In this document: positions 19,000 through 28,619 of the stretch, piece after piece | Position numbering within the stretch: position 1 is the first letter of the stretch | Layout of the letters: every line of letters begins with the position of its first letter | From: Flavobacteriales bacterium | Lineage (GTDB): Bacteria > Bacteroidota > Bacteroidia > Flavobacteriales_F > PHOS-HE28 | Reading direction: 5' to 3' | Assembly (NCBI GenBank): GCA_016710685.1 | Contig: JADJVC010000006.1 | Location: forward strand, 626,709-690,708 | DNA: 64,000 bases | Translations under genes and position numbers: made by a program | The notes under the pieces: model-generated | The model's input: only the letters and a program-made list of their open reading frames with translations | Told to the model about the DNA's origin: nothing | Databases searched by the model: none

Positions 19000-19980
19000 C
19001 TAACTGTAGATCTCCCGGCGGCCAACCATGCGCTGCTTGGCGGTGTCCCACACTTTCAGGCGGAGGCACTTGATCACATCCCAAGGAAGAAGTGTCGTGG
19101 TTTTGGCCAAGCGCAGCTCGGGTATGGCCTTGTACACTTCCGGCAACCGATAGAAGGGGATGCGCGGGTTGAGGTGATGGATGTGGTGGTAGCCGATGTT
19201 AGCGAGGAACCAGCGCATAACAGGGCTCATCCGCATGTGGCTGCTGCTGGCCAGTGCGGCATCATGGTAGGTCCATCCGTCCTTCTCCGCGAATTTCACG
19301 CCGGGGAAGTTGTGCTGTGCATAAAACAGGTACGAACCCAAGCCCAAGCTGATGATGAACGGGATAAGGAAACCGAACAATAAGCCCGGCCAGCCCGCCA
19401 ACAGGAAGATCCCGGTGCCAATGGCGAAGTGGAAAACCAAAGCCACGATGCTGTCCCAGTGTTTGCCGGTGTTGCTTACCAACGAGCGGATGCTCATGCC
19501 GTAGAGGAACATGAAGATGTAACCCATGCCGATGGTAAGCGGGTGGCGGATGAACATGTAAACAGTGCGCTCACCTTTCGGTGATGCCAAGTACTTTTCC
19601 TTGGTCACGATGGGGAAGGAGCCGATGCTGCTGGTGTACAGCTTGCTGTTGTGCGCGTGGTGGTAGTTGTGGCTGCGTTCCCAAATACTTACCGGGGCCA
19701 ACATGTACCAGCCGAAAACGGTGAACAGACCGCGTGCCGCCTTGGAATGTTGAAGGATGCTCTGGTGCAAAAAATCGTGGTAGATCACGAACATGCGGCT
19801 CAGTGTGAGCGCGACCAGAATGCCGCATAGCAGCTTAGCCCACCACGGGTTCACCATGAACACGCCGGTGTACCCGGCGCCCAGCACCACCAAGGTGATG
19901 ATGACGTGCCACCAGCTACGCCCGCGAAATTCCTTCGCGTAGGCACGGGTGGCTAAAATGAGATCTTTGCCTTGAAGCAT
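19000..19980 (-). CDS. Membrane fatty acid desaturase
   Basis: Three histidine boxes (HDFLHQ, HNYHHAH, HHIHH) are embedded in a 4-TM topology. Confidence 0.8.
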   Translation of the reverse strand: MLQGKDLILATRAYAKEFRGRSWWHVIITLVVLGAGYTGVFMVNPWWAKLLCGILVALTLSRMFVIYHDFLHQSILQHSKAARGLFTVFGWYMLAPVSIWERSHNYHHAHNSKLYTSSIGSFPIVTKEKYLASPKGERTVYMFIRHPLTIGMGYIFMFLYGMSIRSLVSNTGKHWDSIVALVFHFAIGTGIFLLAGWPGLLFGFLIPFIISLGLGSYLFYAQHNFPGVKFAEKDGWTYHDAALASSSHMRMSPVMRWFLANIGYHHIHHLNPRIPFYRLPEVYKAIPELRLAKTTTLLPWDVIKCLRLKVWDTAKQRMVGRREIYS

Positions 19981-19989
19981 GAAACAAAG

Positions 19990-20964
19990 TTACGGCGCAA
20001 TTGCTTCGCTTTGTTCTGAAGGTGAGTTCGCGGGTGGCGGATGCTTCCACCGGCGATGTGACCAAAGCCAGATCTCCGGCCGCTTCCGGATGTCCTGTTC
20101 CAATCTGCGGACGTGCAGTTCGGTGATGGTATCTTCTTCAAGCAAAGCCGGGTCTGGCACCAAATCCTCGAAACGCATGATGTAGTGCCCGCGCCGGGTC
20201 CTGTCGATGCCGAGATATACGATGGGCATGCCAAATCGTTTGGACAGTTTGCCCGGGCCACGGAACACGGGAGTTTGTTGTCCGAGGAATGCGGTCCAAT
20301 ATGCGGTTTCAGGCGAGGGCGTCTGGTCGGCTATGAAGGCGGTGGCAGTTCCCTTGTCCCGGTCGCGCAACATCATCCGCGCGGCTTCGCGCATGGGGTA
20401 AAGCCCGTTGCCGAGCCGGGTGCGCATGCGGATGACCAGCTCATTGAAATGCGGCTCCTGTAACGGATGATAGATCACGTTCAGCTTTTGGTAGGGGAGT
20501 TGGCTGAAGCGCGCACCGCCCAACTCCCAATTGCCCCAATGCCCCATCACCAAAATGATGCTGCGGCCTTGCTCAAAGTAGCGATGCAAAACTTCCTCGC
20601 CCTCCACCTTTACCAAACGCTCCACTTGCTTTGGCGAGATCCGCAAAGTCTTTAACGTTTCCAAAACCAGGTCGCAGAACCAATGCTGGAAGGCCTTTTC
20701 CAAACGCAATAGCTCATTCGCATTTTTTTCCGGGAAGCTGTTCCGCAGGTTCTTGCGCACCACTTTGCGCCTATAACCGGCCACCCGGAACAGGATCACG
20801 TAGAGCAAGTCGCTCAGCAGGTAAAGCGCCCGCATGGGCAAAGCGGCCAGACCATGCAGGAACGGTAGAGAGATATAGTAGGCAAAGGCACTGATGTGGC
20901 GAAGGTCGGCATTGGATCCGCTGTTGGTAAACTTCCGTGGTTTTTCCCATTGGACTTGTTCCAA
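19990..20964 (-). CDS. LpxL/HtrB-family lipid A (lysophospholipid) acyltransferase
   Basis: N-terminal TM segment followed by GYRRKVVRKNLRNSFPEK.., HWGNWE (HX4E-like catalytic motif) and ADQTP. Only a TTG start at 20964 is available in frame, so the start is uncertain. Confidence 0.7.
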   Translation of the reverse strand: MEQVQWEKPRKFTNSGSNADLRHISAFAYYISLPFLHGLAALPMRALYLLSDLLYVILFRVAGYRRKVVRKNLRNSFPEKNANELLRLEKAFQHWFCDLVLETLKTLRISPKQVERLVKVEGEEVLHRYFEQGRSIILVMGHWGNWELGGARFSQLPYQKLNVIYHPLQEPHFNELVIRMRTRLGNGLYPMREAARMMLRDRDKGTATAFIADQTPSPETAYWTAFLGQQTPVFRGPGKLSKRFGMPIVYLGIDRTRRGHYIMRFEDLVPDPALLEEDTITELHVRRLEQDIRKRPEIWLWSHRRWKHPPPANSPSEQSEAIAP

Positions 20965-20998
20965 GAAAACGAAAGACCCCCTCGTTTCCGAGGGGGCC
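20965..20998 (-). terminator. Rho-independent terminator-like hairpin immediately upstream of the acyltransferase start
   Basis: The minus-strand RNA reads GGCCCCCUCG-GAAA-CGAGGGGGUC followed by UUUCGUUUUCUU. This is a 10-bp stem with one G-U pair that forms only in the minus orientation. Confidence 0.55.
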
Positions 20999-21195
20999 TT
21001 CGCAGGTGGCGGCCGTTGCCGGGTCCGCGCCTTGGTGGTTCACCGTACCATGCCCATGGTGCCGCACGAAGCGCTCCTTCAACGGACGGCGGGCATTTAC
21101 TGGCAACGATGGAACCTTGGACAAAGCAACGTGTGTGGGCTAGCTCCCGCAATACCCATTTCCGGGTATTTTTCAAATGGGTTCGTCCTCAACGT

Positions 21196-21225
21196 AAAAG
21201 CCCCGGCGTTTCCGCCGGGGCTTTT
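21196..21225 (-). terminator. Terminator hairpin after adhesin gene 1
   Basis: AAAA-GCCCCGGCG-TTTC-CGCCGGGGC-TTTT lies 60 nt beyond the stop at 21285. The same 9-bp stem recurs at 31008-31029 and 35093-35114. Confidence 0.6.
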
Positions 21226-21284
21226 GCATTCTTGTTATTCCACTCAGGGTCTTCCGAAGAAAGCCTTGAGCAAGTGATCTCTCA

Positions 21285-23060
21285 TTAGCGTACCACGCTC
21301 AACCGCTGGACCGTGGTAACGCCGTTCACCGTGATGTGCACCAAGTACACACCGCTGGTCACTTCGCTTGGCAGTTTCAACACCGTACTGAAGCTGCTTC
21401 CGCTGTTGCCGTAGTCACGGGCCAGCACCTTCCTGCCGTACATGTCGTACAGGTCGAGCTGGATCTTCTGGTCGGTGTCCACCAAGCCGTTCAAGGCCAA
21501 GTTCACACGGCCGTCCGCAACCGGGTTCGGCCACATTTGCACGTCGCCATTGAAGCTGCCGTCCACTTGCGTGAGCTCACCGCCCATGCCCGTGTAGGCG
21601 TTGTCGATCGTGATGGTACAGAAGGGCAGGCAGTAATTGCTCTGCACGCCGTTCACGGTGGTCTTCACGTCCACGTTGTACGTGCTGCCGTTGGTCAAAG
21701 GAGTTCCTGGCCACTTCAATTGCAGCACATAGGTGCCACGGGTGATGGTGGTGTCGAACAAAGTAGGCTCACCGGCGATGTAGATGTGGAAGGTGTAAGC
21801 AGAGGCTCCCAACACCGGTGTGGCATAGATGAAGCTGTAGGACGGGCTGCCGAAGGCGCGCGTCTCATTGCAGCTATGGCCGTAGAGCGTACCGTTGATG
21901 AGCTGTGTGCAATGCACTACCGCTGCGGCGTTCATGCCCATTTCGCAACCCGGACCGTATTTCGCGGAGGCCAATGGGCCGCCGGCGTTGGTACGTATGC
22001 GCACGAAGTAATGCACGCCGGGCACCAAGGGGTTCACGCTGCCGCCCATGTCGATGAAGAGCATGGAAGCGGATGGCTTAATGATGCTGCGCACATAGCC
22101 TGCATCGGGGTCCAGGAACTGGAACTCGTATTGCGTGGCGCCGGGCATCACGTTAGCATAGATCCGGTTGTTGAGCGTGTTGTTGAACAATCCGCATTCC
22201 GTGGGCTTCAACGTGGCCGGGCCCAATGGTAGGCAGAAAGGATGTCCGCTACCGTAGGCTGGTGTCAACGTCGGGTTGGCCGGGGAGGCACTGCCGCCGC
22301 TGAAGCTGTCCATCAGGATGGTCTGGCCGCCCGTGGTGCGCAGTTCCCAACCGCCGCCGATGATGCCGTCGCCGAAGCTGTCCGTCAACTTCAGGGTGTA
22401 ACAGTCGCCATTGGCATTGCTCAGGCAAACCAGTTGGTTCACTTGCTGGTTGTTGCCCACTGGGCTACCGCTGGCCACTGTGGCGTTGGCAGCATCTTTG
22501 ATCTCCCAGCTGATCCGGCTTGCGTTGGCATCGGTGTTGATGCGCATCACGGCCAAGTGACCTGCGGGGTTCACAGTAACGCTCGCTGAAGCACTGCATC
22601 CGCCTGCGGTGGCCAATACCGTGTAGGTCACCGGCACGGTCGTTACCGTTACGTTGGTCGGGTTCTGCACGTTGCTGGTGAAGCCAGCGGGTGCGGAACT
22701 CCAGCTGAAGGCCGGGGGCGCACTCGCAAGGATGCTCACGTTGTCGACGGCCCAGTAGAGGTCAAATTCCGCATCAAACTGGAAGCGGACATAAACCGTT
22801 GGCTGGTTGTCGTAGCCAGTGCCCAAGGCGATTTGCGCATGGTCCCAGTCTGTAGCAGTCCCGATAGATGCGGAATAGCCAGCGCCCACCGGCGCCCAAT
22901 TGGTGCCATCCGTACTGGCCTGCACTGCCCCTATGGCACCGCCGAAGGAGTTGAAATAGTGGTAGAAATCCAATACGGCCCCCGTGTAACCCGTGAGGTT
23001 GATGGCAGGGCTGGTCAGCGAAGTGCTGGAGGGTCCTCCCACCGGGTCGTTGTTGGTCAT
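21285..23060 (-). CDS. Adhesin gene 1, fragment 9 (C-terminal): beta-sandwich and Ig-like domains, shared ~420-aa cassette and T9SS CTD
   Basis: Ends ..VYLVHITVNGVTTVQRLSVVR (T9SS CTD). The frame upstream of its first Met continues ..HSNDASQFIMTNNDP.., matching gene 2 (..FHSNDNSRFYMSNSD..). It joins the previous fragment at ~23087. Confidence 0.8.
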   Translation of the reverse strand: MTNNDPVGGPSSTSLTSPAINLTGYTGAVLDFYHYFNSFGGAIGAVQASTDGTNWAPVGAGYSASIGTATDWDHAQIALGTGYDNQPTVYVRFQFDAEFDLYWAVDNVSILASAPPAFSWSSAPAGFTSNVQNPTNVTVTTVPVTYTVLATAGGCSASASVTVNPAGHLAVMRINTDANASRISWEIKDAANATVASGSPVGNNQQVNQLVCLSNANGDCYTLKLTDSFGDGIIGGGWELRTTGGQTILMDSFSGGSASPANPTLTPAYGSGHPFCLPLGPATLKPTECGLFNNTLNNRIYANVMPGATQYEFQFLDPDAGYVRSIIKPSASMLFIDMGGSVNPLVPGVHYFVRIRTNAGGPLASAKYGPGCEMGMNAAAVVHCTQLINGTLYGHSCNETRAFGSPSYSFIYATPVLGASAYTFHIYIAGEPTLFDTTITRGTYVLQLKWPGTPLTNGSTYNVDVKTTVNGVQSNYCLPFCTITIDNAYTGMGGELTQVDGSFNGDVQMWPNPVADGRVNLALNGLVDTDQKIQLDLYDMYGRKVLARDYGNSGSSFSTVLKLPSEVTSGVYLVHITVNGVTTVQRLSVVR

Positions 23061-23854
23061 GATGAACTGGCTGGCATCGTTGCTGTGGAGCCCGCATCAT
23101 AGGTGTAACCGTCCGGCTGCAAGGTCCATTCGTCCACGGCTGCCATGCCGCCTGCAATTACCCAGCCTGCTGGCGGGTTAACACCATTGAACCCTTCGTT
23201 CAACACGGTTTGTGTGAAGTTGGTGGATCCCGTCGCGGTAAGGTCGATCACCCCGCCTGGGCATTCCAGGAGCGAGCTCGAATTCGCCGTTACCCCAGTA
23301 GGTGAAGGGTTGATGCTGACAACCACCGGTGCACTTGTGCCTGCACAACCGTTCACGGTAGTGCTTACACTGTAGCTGCCCGCTGTCGACACCGTGATGG
23401 CCGAAGTGGTTTCGCTGTTCGGAGCCCAGAGGTAGCTGTTACCCGTTGAGGATGTCAACGTTACGCTGCCACCGGCACAGAAACTGGTAGGGCCGTTCGC
23501 CGTAACCGTAACCGTGGGCTCAGCACTGGAGGTAAGAATTACCGTATTGCTGTAAACCGTTGAGCCGCTGGCGCAGGAGGTGTACAACCGGTAGTAGTAG
23601 CTGCCGATCGCCAAGGGGTCGGTGGTGTAGCTCGAAGTCGTGGCACCCGTGCCTCCCGTTACAGGGACATAGGTTCCGTTCGCTGTCGGGCTTGACCTCC
23701 ATTGGCGGGAAATCCCCAGACCGGTGGTGGTGCCGTCGTTGGTCATCGTAACAGCTGTGCCGTCGCAGACACCGGGGTTGCAGTGGAACTCACGCCAGCA
23801 TCCGGGCTGCCCGTGCAACCGGTGCCGATGTTGAAGTTGTCGAATTCGGCCCAC
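23057..23854 (-). CDS. Adhesin gene 1, fragment 8: Ig-like repeats
   Basis: Cys-bracketed Ig-like units (..SFCAGGSVTLTSS..YLWAPN.., ..VNGCAGTSAPVVV..). Joins the upstream fragment at run 23772-23777 (..TATPGVCDGTAVTM..). Confidence 0.75.
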   Translation of the reverse strand: MGRIRQLQHRHRLHGQPGCWREFHCNPGVCDGTAVTMTNDGTTTGLGISRQWRSSPTANGTYVPVTGGTGATTSSYTTDPLAIGSYYYRLYTSCASGSTVYSNTVILTSSAEPTVTVTANGPTSFCAGGSVTLTSSTGNSYLWAPNSETTSAITVSTAGSYSVSTTVNGCAGTSAPVVVSINPSPTGVTANSSSLLECPGGVIDLTATGSTNFTQTVLNEGFNGVNPPAGWVIAGGMAAVDEWTLQPDGYTYDAGSTATMPASSS

Positions 23855-25188
23855 CAGTCACCAGCTGTCCAAGTACCGACAAATCGGATGATCACGTCCT
23901 GACCATCGTATGCTCCGAGCGAATAGGACTTGTTGGCCCATGCCGTTGAGGAGATGTGGTTTGCCGGTGTGATGCTCTGCAAAGTGGTGTAGGTACCTCC
24001 ACAATCCGTCGATACCTGCACATTGATGTTTCCCCATGCCGGGCTGTTCAGCAATGCCGTATAGGGAGGCGCATTAAAGCTGTAGTTGGACAAACGGTAG
24101 TCAAACGTGAGCAGGGTGCTTGCACTTACCTGGCCGAGTTTAACAACGGTGAATTGCGCAGTGGTGTTGAGGTCGTAGAGGTTGCCGTAGAGGCCATTAT
24201 CCACAACACCATGGTTTGGCCCAATGGTCCAACCCGTGGTGTTCCAACCGGCCGGTGCAGTGGTACCGCCGCTAAAGTCCTGCGAATAGGGGAGTGCAAC
24301 AGGGGCAATTACACTTCGAGAAGTGGCGGTGTTGTTGTTGGCTGCATTCGGATCACCGGTCACTGTTATACTGGCGGTGAAGGCATATGCACCGCTCAAG
24401 GTCATGTCCTGAGTGCCCATAGCAACGGTTTGCGATGCTCCTGATGCCAATGTACCCGAATTTACTACCGTGCTGAAAGTGTTTGTGGCCGGACCACTCA
24501 CATTCACTGCAACGGTTGCAGGGGTTGCGGAAAAGTCGATGGTTGCGGAACCTTGGTTCTGAATTGTAACGCTTACCGGTTGGTTGGCTCCGTAGCACCC
24601 TGTTGTGCCAGGCGCTGCAAAACCTGTAGCCGCCATGTCCAGTGCTGCAGGTACTTCGGTCATGAAGTTGTCGAAGTCCGCAAACCAGTCGCCCGCTGCC
24701 CAAGTGGCTATGAAACGCACCTGAACATTGGCCCCATAACCGGCCAATGAAATGCTCTTGGTCGCGAAAGCTGCGGATTCCACATGGTTGGTGGGTGTAA
24801 TGCTCTGCACCGTTGTGTAGGTTGCGCCGCAATCCGCGGAAACCTGTACATCAATGGTACCCCATGCCGGGCTGTTCAGCAAGGCCGTATACGGGAGAGT
24901 GGTTCCATAATCGACCAAGCGATAGTCGAATTTCAAGTTGACCGCACCACTAATAGGACCCAGCTTTACAACTGTGAATTGGCCTGTTGGGACGAAATCA
25001 TACAAGTTCTTGTAAAGTCCGTTGTTCGTTACTCCGTGGTCTGTACTATAGAGCCAACCCGACGTGCTCCAACCAGCCGGGGTAGTACCAGCGGCGAAAT
25101 CCTGGCTATATGGCAACGCTTGCGCTGCAATAACGGTCCGCGTTACAGCTGTCATGGCATCGTTGGCCGGTATGCCGTCACCGGTCAC
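23743..25188 (-). CDS. Adhesin gene 1, fragment 7: two MAM/choice-of-anchor-J-like beta-sandwich modules plus a CARDB-like domain
   Basis: Two ~250-aa internal repeats, each starting ALPYSQDF..GW and ending ..AGDW(F/W)A(D/E)FDNF. Joins at 25220-25221 (..NMTTGKTYTFNANTAVTGDG..). Confidence 0.75.
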   Translation of the reverse strand: MTGDGIPANDAMTAVTRTVIAAQALPYSQDFAAGTTPAGWSTSGWLYSTDHGVTNNGLYKNLYDFVPTGQFTVVKLGPISGAVNLKFDYRLVDYGTTLPYTALLNSPAWGTIDVQVSADCGATYTTVQSITPTNHVESAAFATKSISLAGYGANVQVRFIATWAAGDWFADFDNFMTEVPAALDMAATGFAAPGTTGCYGANQPVSVTIQNQGSATIDFSATPATVAVNVSGPATNTFSTVVNSGTLASGASQTVAMGTQDMTLSGAYAFTASITVTGDPNAANNNTATSRSVIAPVALPYSQDFSGGTTAPAGWNTTGWTIGPNHGVVDNGLYGNLYDLNTTAQFTVVKLGQVSASTLLTFDYRLSNYSFNAPPYTALLNSPAWGNINVQVSTDCGGTYTTLQSITPANHISSTAWANKSYSLGAYDGQDVIIRFVGTWTAGDWWAEFDNFNIGTGCTGSPDAGVSSTATPVSATAQLLR

Positions 25189-27056
25189 CGCCGTGTTCGC
25201 ATTGAACGTGTAAGTCTTACCGTGGTCATGTTCAATGTCCCTACAGCCACGTTTTGTGTGGCACCAACTGCCAAAGTGCCAGTGGTCAACGTGGCGGAGA
25301 GGACTTGTGGCGCTACGCCGGTCACGTTCACTGTTACCGTGGTGTTGTTAGTGGCGAAGTTCACTGGCTGGGAGCCGTTGTTCTTCACAGTGATGCTAAC
25401 TGGTTCAGCAGCACCATAACAACCTGTTGTTGTGGGCGTCACAAGAGCTGTTGCACTCATGTCCAAGGCTGGAGCCGTTCCTACACATACGTTAAATGTG
25501 GTTGTAACGGCTGTATTGCCGTACGAGTAGACCCGGACATAGTACGTGTTACCAACGATCAGACCAGTGGGGTTGCTTATATCCGCATCGCTGCACACCA
25601 AGTTGGTCAGGGTGCCGCAACTGCCGCTGTAAACAGCATGGTACATATCTGTAAACGGCGTTACTCCGGTCAGACTGATACGATGGATTGGGCTGGCTGC
25701 CACAAAGCTGAACCACACGTCATTGTTTGGATTCCCACCACAAGGAGAAATCGCGTCCACGGAAAGAGTAGCAGCGGCCACTGTGCCTGCTGTAACCGCA
25801 CCACATAAATAGTCCGGGTTCACAGTAAGGGCCACCGCCTGCGCGCAGTTGTCATTCGCTGGAGGAGGCGCACTCGTGGTAAAGCTTACCAAAGCACTGT
25901 TGGTGCTGTAACCATTGCTCGCACCTGAGCAATCTTGGTGTACGTAAACGTTGTACGTCGTGGACGGAGTTAATCCGGTGATCGCTTGTGGCGAAGTGCC
26001 CGTGCTGGTTACCAAGGTACCGGTGGCACCTGCTGTGGCACCAGTGCCTGGCGTGTATCCGGCCGGGCCGTATTCAACGATCTTGTTGCCTGTGCAACCG
26101 GAACAGGTGAAGTTCACGTTCGTAGTAGCTGAGGTTGTTCCGGAAACGGACACTGCTGAAACTGGCGGGCAGGCTGGTGCCAAGATCAAGCTGATGTTAT
26201 CCACCTCCAGATAAAACTCATTAGCGCCGGAGTAAGCATGCCAGCCGATGTAATATACACCGGAGGTAGCCGGGGTGATGGTGTAGGAAACCGTAAACGG
26301 AGCTGTGGAGAATGTGCCATGGTCAACCACCAAATTCGTCATTGAAGCAGCCGAAGCGGCAGTTCCGTAGTACACCTCCAGTGATTCGTCAAAGCCGTTT
26401 GCGCCATAAGTGTAGCTAAGCGTATAGGGCGTGCCACCCACCAAGTTGATGCCCGGCGTGTACATCCAATCGTTCGCAGCAGTGGTGCTGGAGTAGGGGT
26501 AACGTGCAACTTTGCTCGACGCGCCTAAGTATGTCGATGATGCAGTGATCCATGTCGTTTCAGCGTTCAGGTTTTGTGTGGACATGCAATTCGGCATGGC
26601 CGGGATCACTGCACTTTCGAAGTTCTGCGTGTAGGGTACGTTTACCGTGCTGCACAAGGTGGCAAAGTTCGCAACGGCGCTGTTGAAGCTGTAATCCGCT
26701 CCGGAGCAATGCTCACGCACGTAAACACTATAGCTCGAGGAGCCGGACAGGCCTGTTAGAGTCACAGAGCTACCACCAACAGGTGCCCCCGTCCAGATCG
26801 TTCCACCAACTCCGGCTGTGGCACCATTGCCAGGTGTGAAGCCGGGTGCACCGTATTCCACGATGTAGTCGCCCGTGCAGCTCGTGCAGGTCCATGCCAC
26901 AGTGGCATCGGTCTGGGTGATGCCACTTACCGCAACTGCCGTAGGAGCAAAGCAAGTGGGTGGCGTGCGGACTTGGAAGTTGTCAACGAAGAAGTCTTTG
27001 TCCCCGCCTGGAGGTCGCTCCTTCAGACATGAAGAAGGCGAACTGCGTGGTGGCAC
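25185..27056 (-). CDS. Adhesin gene 1, fragment 6: two Fn3 plus beta-sandwich modules and a CARDB-like domain
   Basis: Repeated units: PTAVAVSGITQTDATVAWTCTSCTGDYIVEYG.. (Fn3-like) followed by ..YTQNFES... ..YYIGWHAYSGANEFYLEVDNISL. Confidence 0.75.
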   Translation of the reverse strand: MPPRSSPSSCLKERPPGGDKDFFVDNFQVRTPPTCFAPTAVAVSGITQTDATVAWTCTSCTGDYIVEYGAPGFTPGNGATAGVGGTIWTGAPVGGSSVTLTGLSGSSSYSVYVREHCSGADYSFNSAVANFATLCSTVNVPYTQNFESAVIPAMPNCMSTQNLNAETTWITASSTYLGASSKVARYPYSSTTAANDWMYTPGINLVGGTPYTLSYTYGANGFDESLEVYYGTAASAASMTNLVVDHGTFSTAPFTVSYTITPATSGVYYIGWHAYSGANEFYLEVDNISLILAPACPPVSAVSVSGTTSATTNVNFTCSGCTGNKIVEYGPAGYTPGTGATAGATGTLVTSTGTSPQAITGLTPSTTYNVYVHQDCSGASNGYSTNSALVSFTTSAPPPANDNCAQAVALTVNPDYLCGAVTAGTVAAATLSVDAISPCGGNPNNDVWFSFVAASPIHRISLTGVTPFTDMYHAVYSGSCGTLTNLVCSDADISNPTGLIVGNTYYVRVYSYGNTAVTTTFNVCVGTAPALDMSATALVTPTTTGCYGAAEPVSITVKNNGSQPVNFATNNTTVTVNVTGVAPQVLSATLTTGTLAVGATQNVAVGTLNMTTVRLTRSMRTRR

Positions 27057-27059
27057 TGG

Positions 27060-28619
27060 TCACAGCTGAAACATTGATGGTGACGTTGTTGCCCGTGTTC
27101 GATGGCGAATTGGCGTTGTTCCACGTGTTGATCGTGGTCCAGTGGTCCCACCGTTGGTGGATTGCATGAGGTAAACGGCATCATCTGCTTCGATGACGTC
27201 GGCACCGGTACCGTTCCATGCGGTGAGGGCAACATCAAAGTTCAGTTCATACCCGCCTGCGCTGAGGTTGAAGAGCGGCGTGAGAATCCACTCTTGTCCG
27301 CCGGTGGAGAAAATCTCCACCGTAGCACTTCCTGTAGTACCGATATTGCCGAAACCGTCATTACGCCATCCGGAGGTACCCAAAGTGGTAGGGCCGGTAA
27401 TGGGGCCAGTGCCACGGTTCCAGCAGTTGGGAACGAAGGTGTTGAAATTCTGCGTGTAGTTCGGTACTTCAACTGCGCATAGTGTAGTGAAGCTGAATGG
27501 ACCCGTCCACGTGCTCACATCCACATTGTCCATGCCGCAATCGGAACGAACATAGAAGGAATAAGCCGTAGCTGGGGAACCACCAGTCCAAGTGTAAGGA
27601 TGTGCACCCAGATCATTGAATGTAGGCGTGCCGGTCGGCGTAAAACCGGAAGGGCCGATCTCCAAATCCCAAGCTGTTGCGGTGCCGTTTTCATTCCAAT
27701 TCAGATCGGCTCCACTGGAAGTCAGGGCAGAAGCTGACAAAGAGTTTGGTGCCGGGCAAGATGGTGTCTGCCGAATGAAGAAATCATCAACGAACAAATC
27801 GTTGTAGAAGTAATTTCCGGAGGATGTTCCGAGTGGGTCCGCAACGCCCACGATCCGGAAGTTTGTTACTGACGGGATGCCACTGGGTACAATCCCGGAA
27901 AGTTCAACCCAGCTCGCAGAATTTCCCGCATAGGTGATCATGTTCACCCAGGCCGTACCGTTCCATACATCCATCTTAATGGTGTGGAGGACGGTGTTGG
28001 TCGTGTTGTTGGAGAGGAACCAGAAACCAACAGTTGCAGATGGCAACGCGGAAATATCGATGAACGGCGTTATCAACTGGTTTGGAAGTATGTCAGCCGA
28101 ACCATCGAGCCAAGCCAATGCTCCGGTTCCGCTCGTATGGTCCGCCACAGATGGAGGATAATTGCCCGTTAAAGGTGTCGTCGTAGCAATTCGCCATTGC
28201 TCACCCCCGCTGGCCAATGGGTTGGACCAGCACGTAGGTGGTGTGTTTGGTGCTGCTGCAGTGGTGAATGGCACAGTGTAAGGGAAGGTCGGCACTATGG
28301 TAGCGCAAGGAGTTGTAAAGCTGAACGGACCCGCCCATGCGCTGGTGGCGGTGTTGTCCATGCCGCAATCGGCGCGTACGTAGAATTGGTAGGTGGTCGT
28401 TGCCGCACCCCCGGTCCAAGCGTATGGGTTGCTGGTGACATCATTGAAAGACGGGGTTCCCGTAGGCACAAAGCCTGTAACTCCGATCTCGATGTCCCAT
28501 GCGGTGCCCACTCCGTTCGCGGTCCAGCCAAGGTTTGCACCAGTGGCCGTGATGTTCGTAGCAGTTAGGGCACTTGGAGCTAGGCAAGAAGGTGAAACCA
28601 CCACGCTTACGTCATCCAA
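27060..28619 (-). CDS. Adhesin gene 1, fragment 5: two Fn3 plus beta-sandwich modules
   Basis: Starts (in frame upstream) ..FYLDDVSVVVSPSCLAPSAL.. and repeats the LGWTANG..AWDIEIG Fn3 pattern twice. Two further frame breaks (~27141 and ~27006-27013) link it to fragment 6 through ..TNGGTTWTTINTWNNANSPSNTGNNVTINVSAVTSATTQFAFFMSEGATS... Confidence 0.75.
   Translation of the reverse strand: MDDVSVVVSPSCLAPSALTATNITATGANLGWTANGVGTAWDIEIGVTGFVPTGTPSFNDVTSNPYAWTGGAATTTYQFYVRADCGMDNTATSAWAGPFSFTTPCATIVPTFPYTVPFTTAAAPNTPPTCWSNPLASGGEQWRIATTTPLTGNYPPSVADHTSGTGALAWLDGSADILPNQLITPFIDISALPSATVGFWFLSNNTTNTVLHTIKMDVWNGTAWVNMITYAGNSASWVELSGIVPSGIPSVTNFRIVGVADPLGTSSGNYFYNDLFVDDFFIRQTPSCPAPNSLSASALTSSGADLNWNENGTATAWDLEIGPSGFTPTGTPTFNDLGAHPYTWTGGSPATAYSFYVRSDCGMDNVDVSTWTGPFSFTTLCAVEVPNYTQNFNTFVPNCWNRGTGPITGPTTLGTSGWRNDGFGNIGTTGSATVEIFSTGGQEWILTPLFNLSAGGYELNFDVALTAWNGTGADVIEADDAVYLMQSTNGGTTGPRSTRGTTPIRHRTRATTSPSMFQL

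Noticed and set aside
20999-21195. Cobalamin riboswitch in the leader of the acyltransferase
   Set aside because: GGUGAACCACC...GCGGACCCGG...GCCGCCACCUG superficially recalls the GGUGAAAAUCC and GCCACUG B12-box elements. However, the boxes are imperfect and wrongly spaced, and a B12-regulated lipid A acyltransferase makes little sense. It is retained only as a generic candidate RNA.
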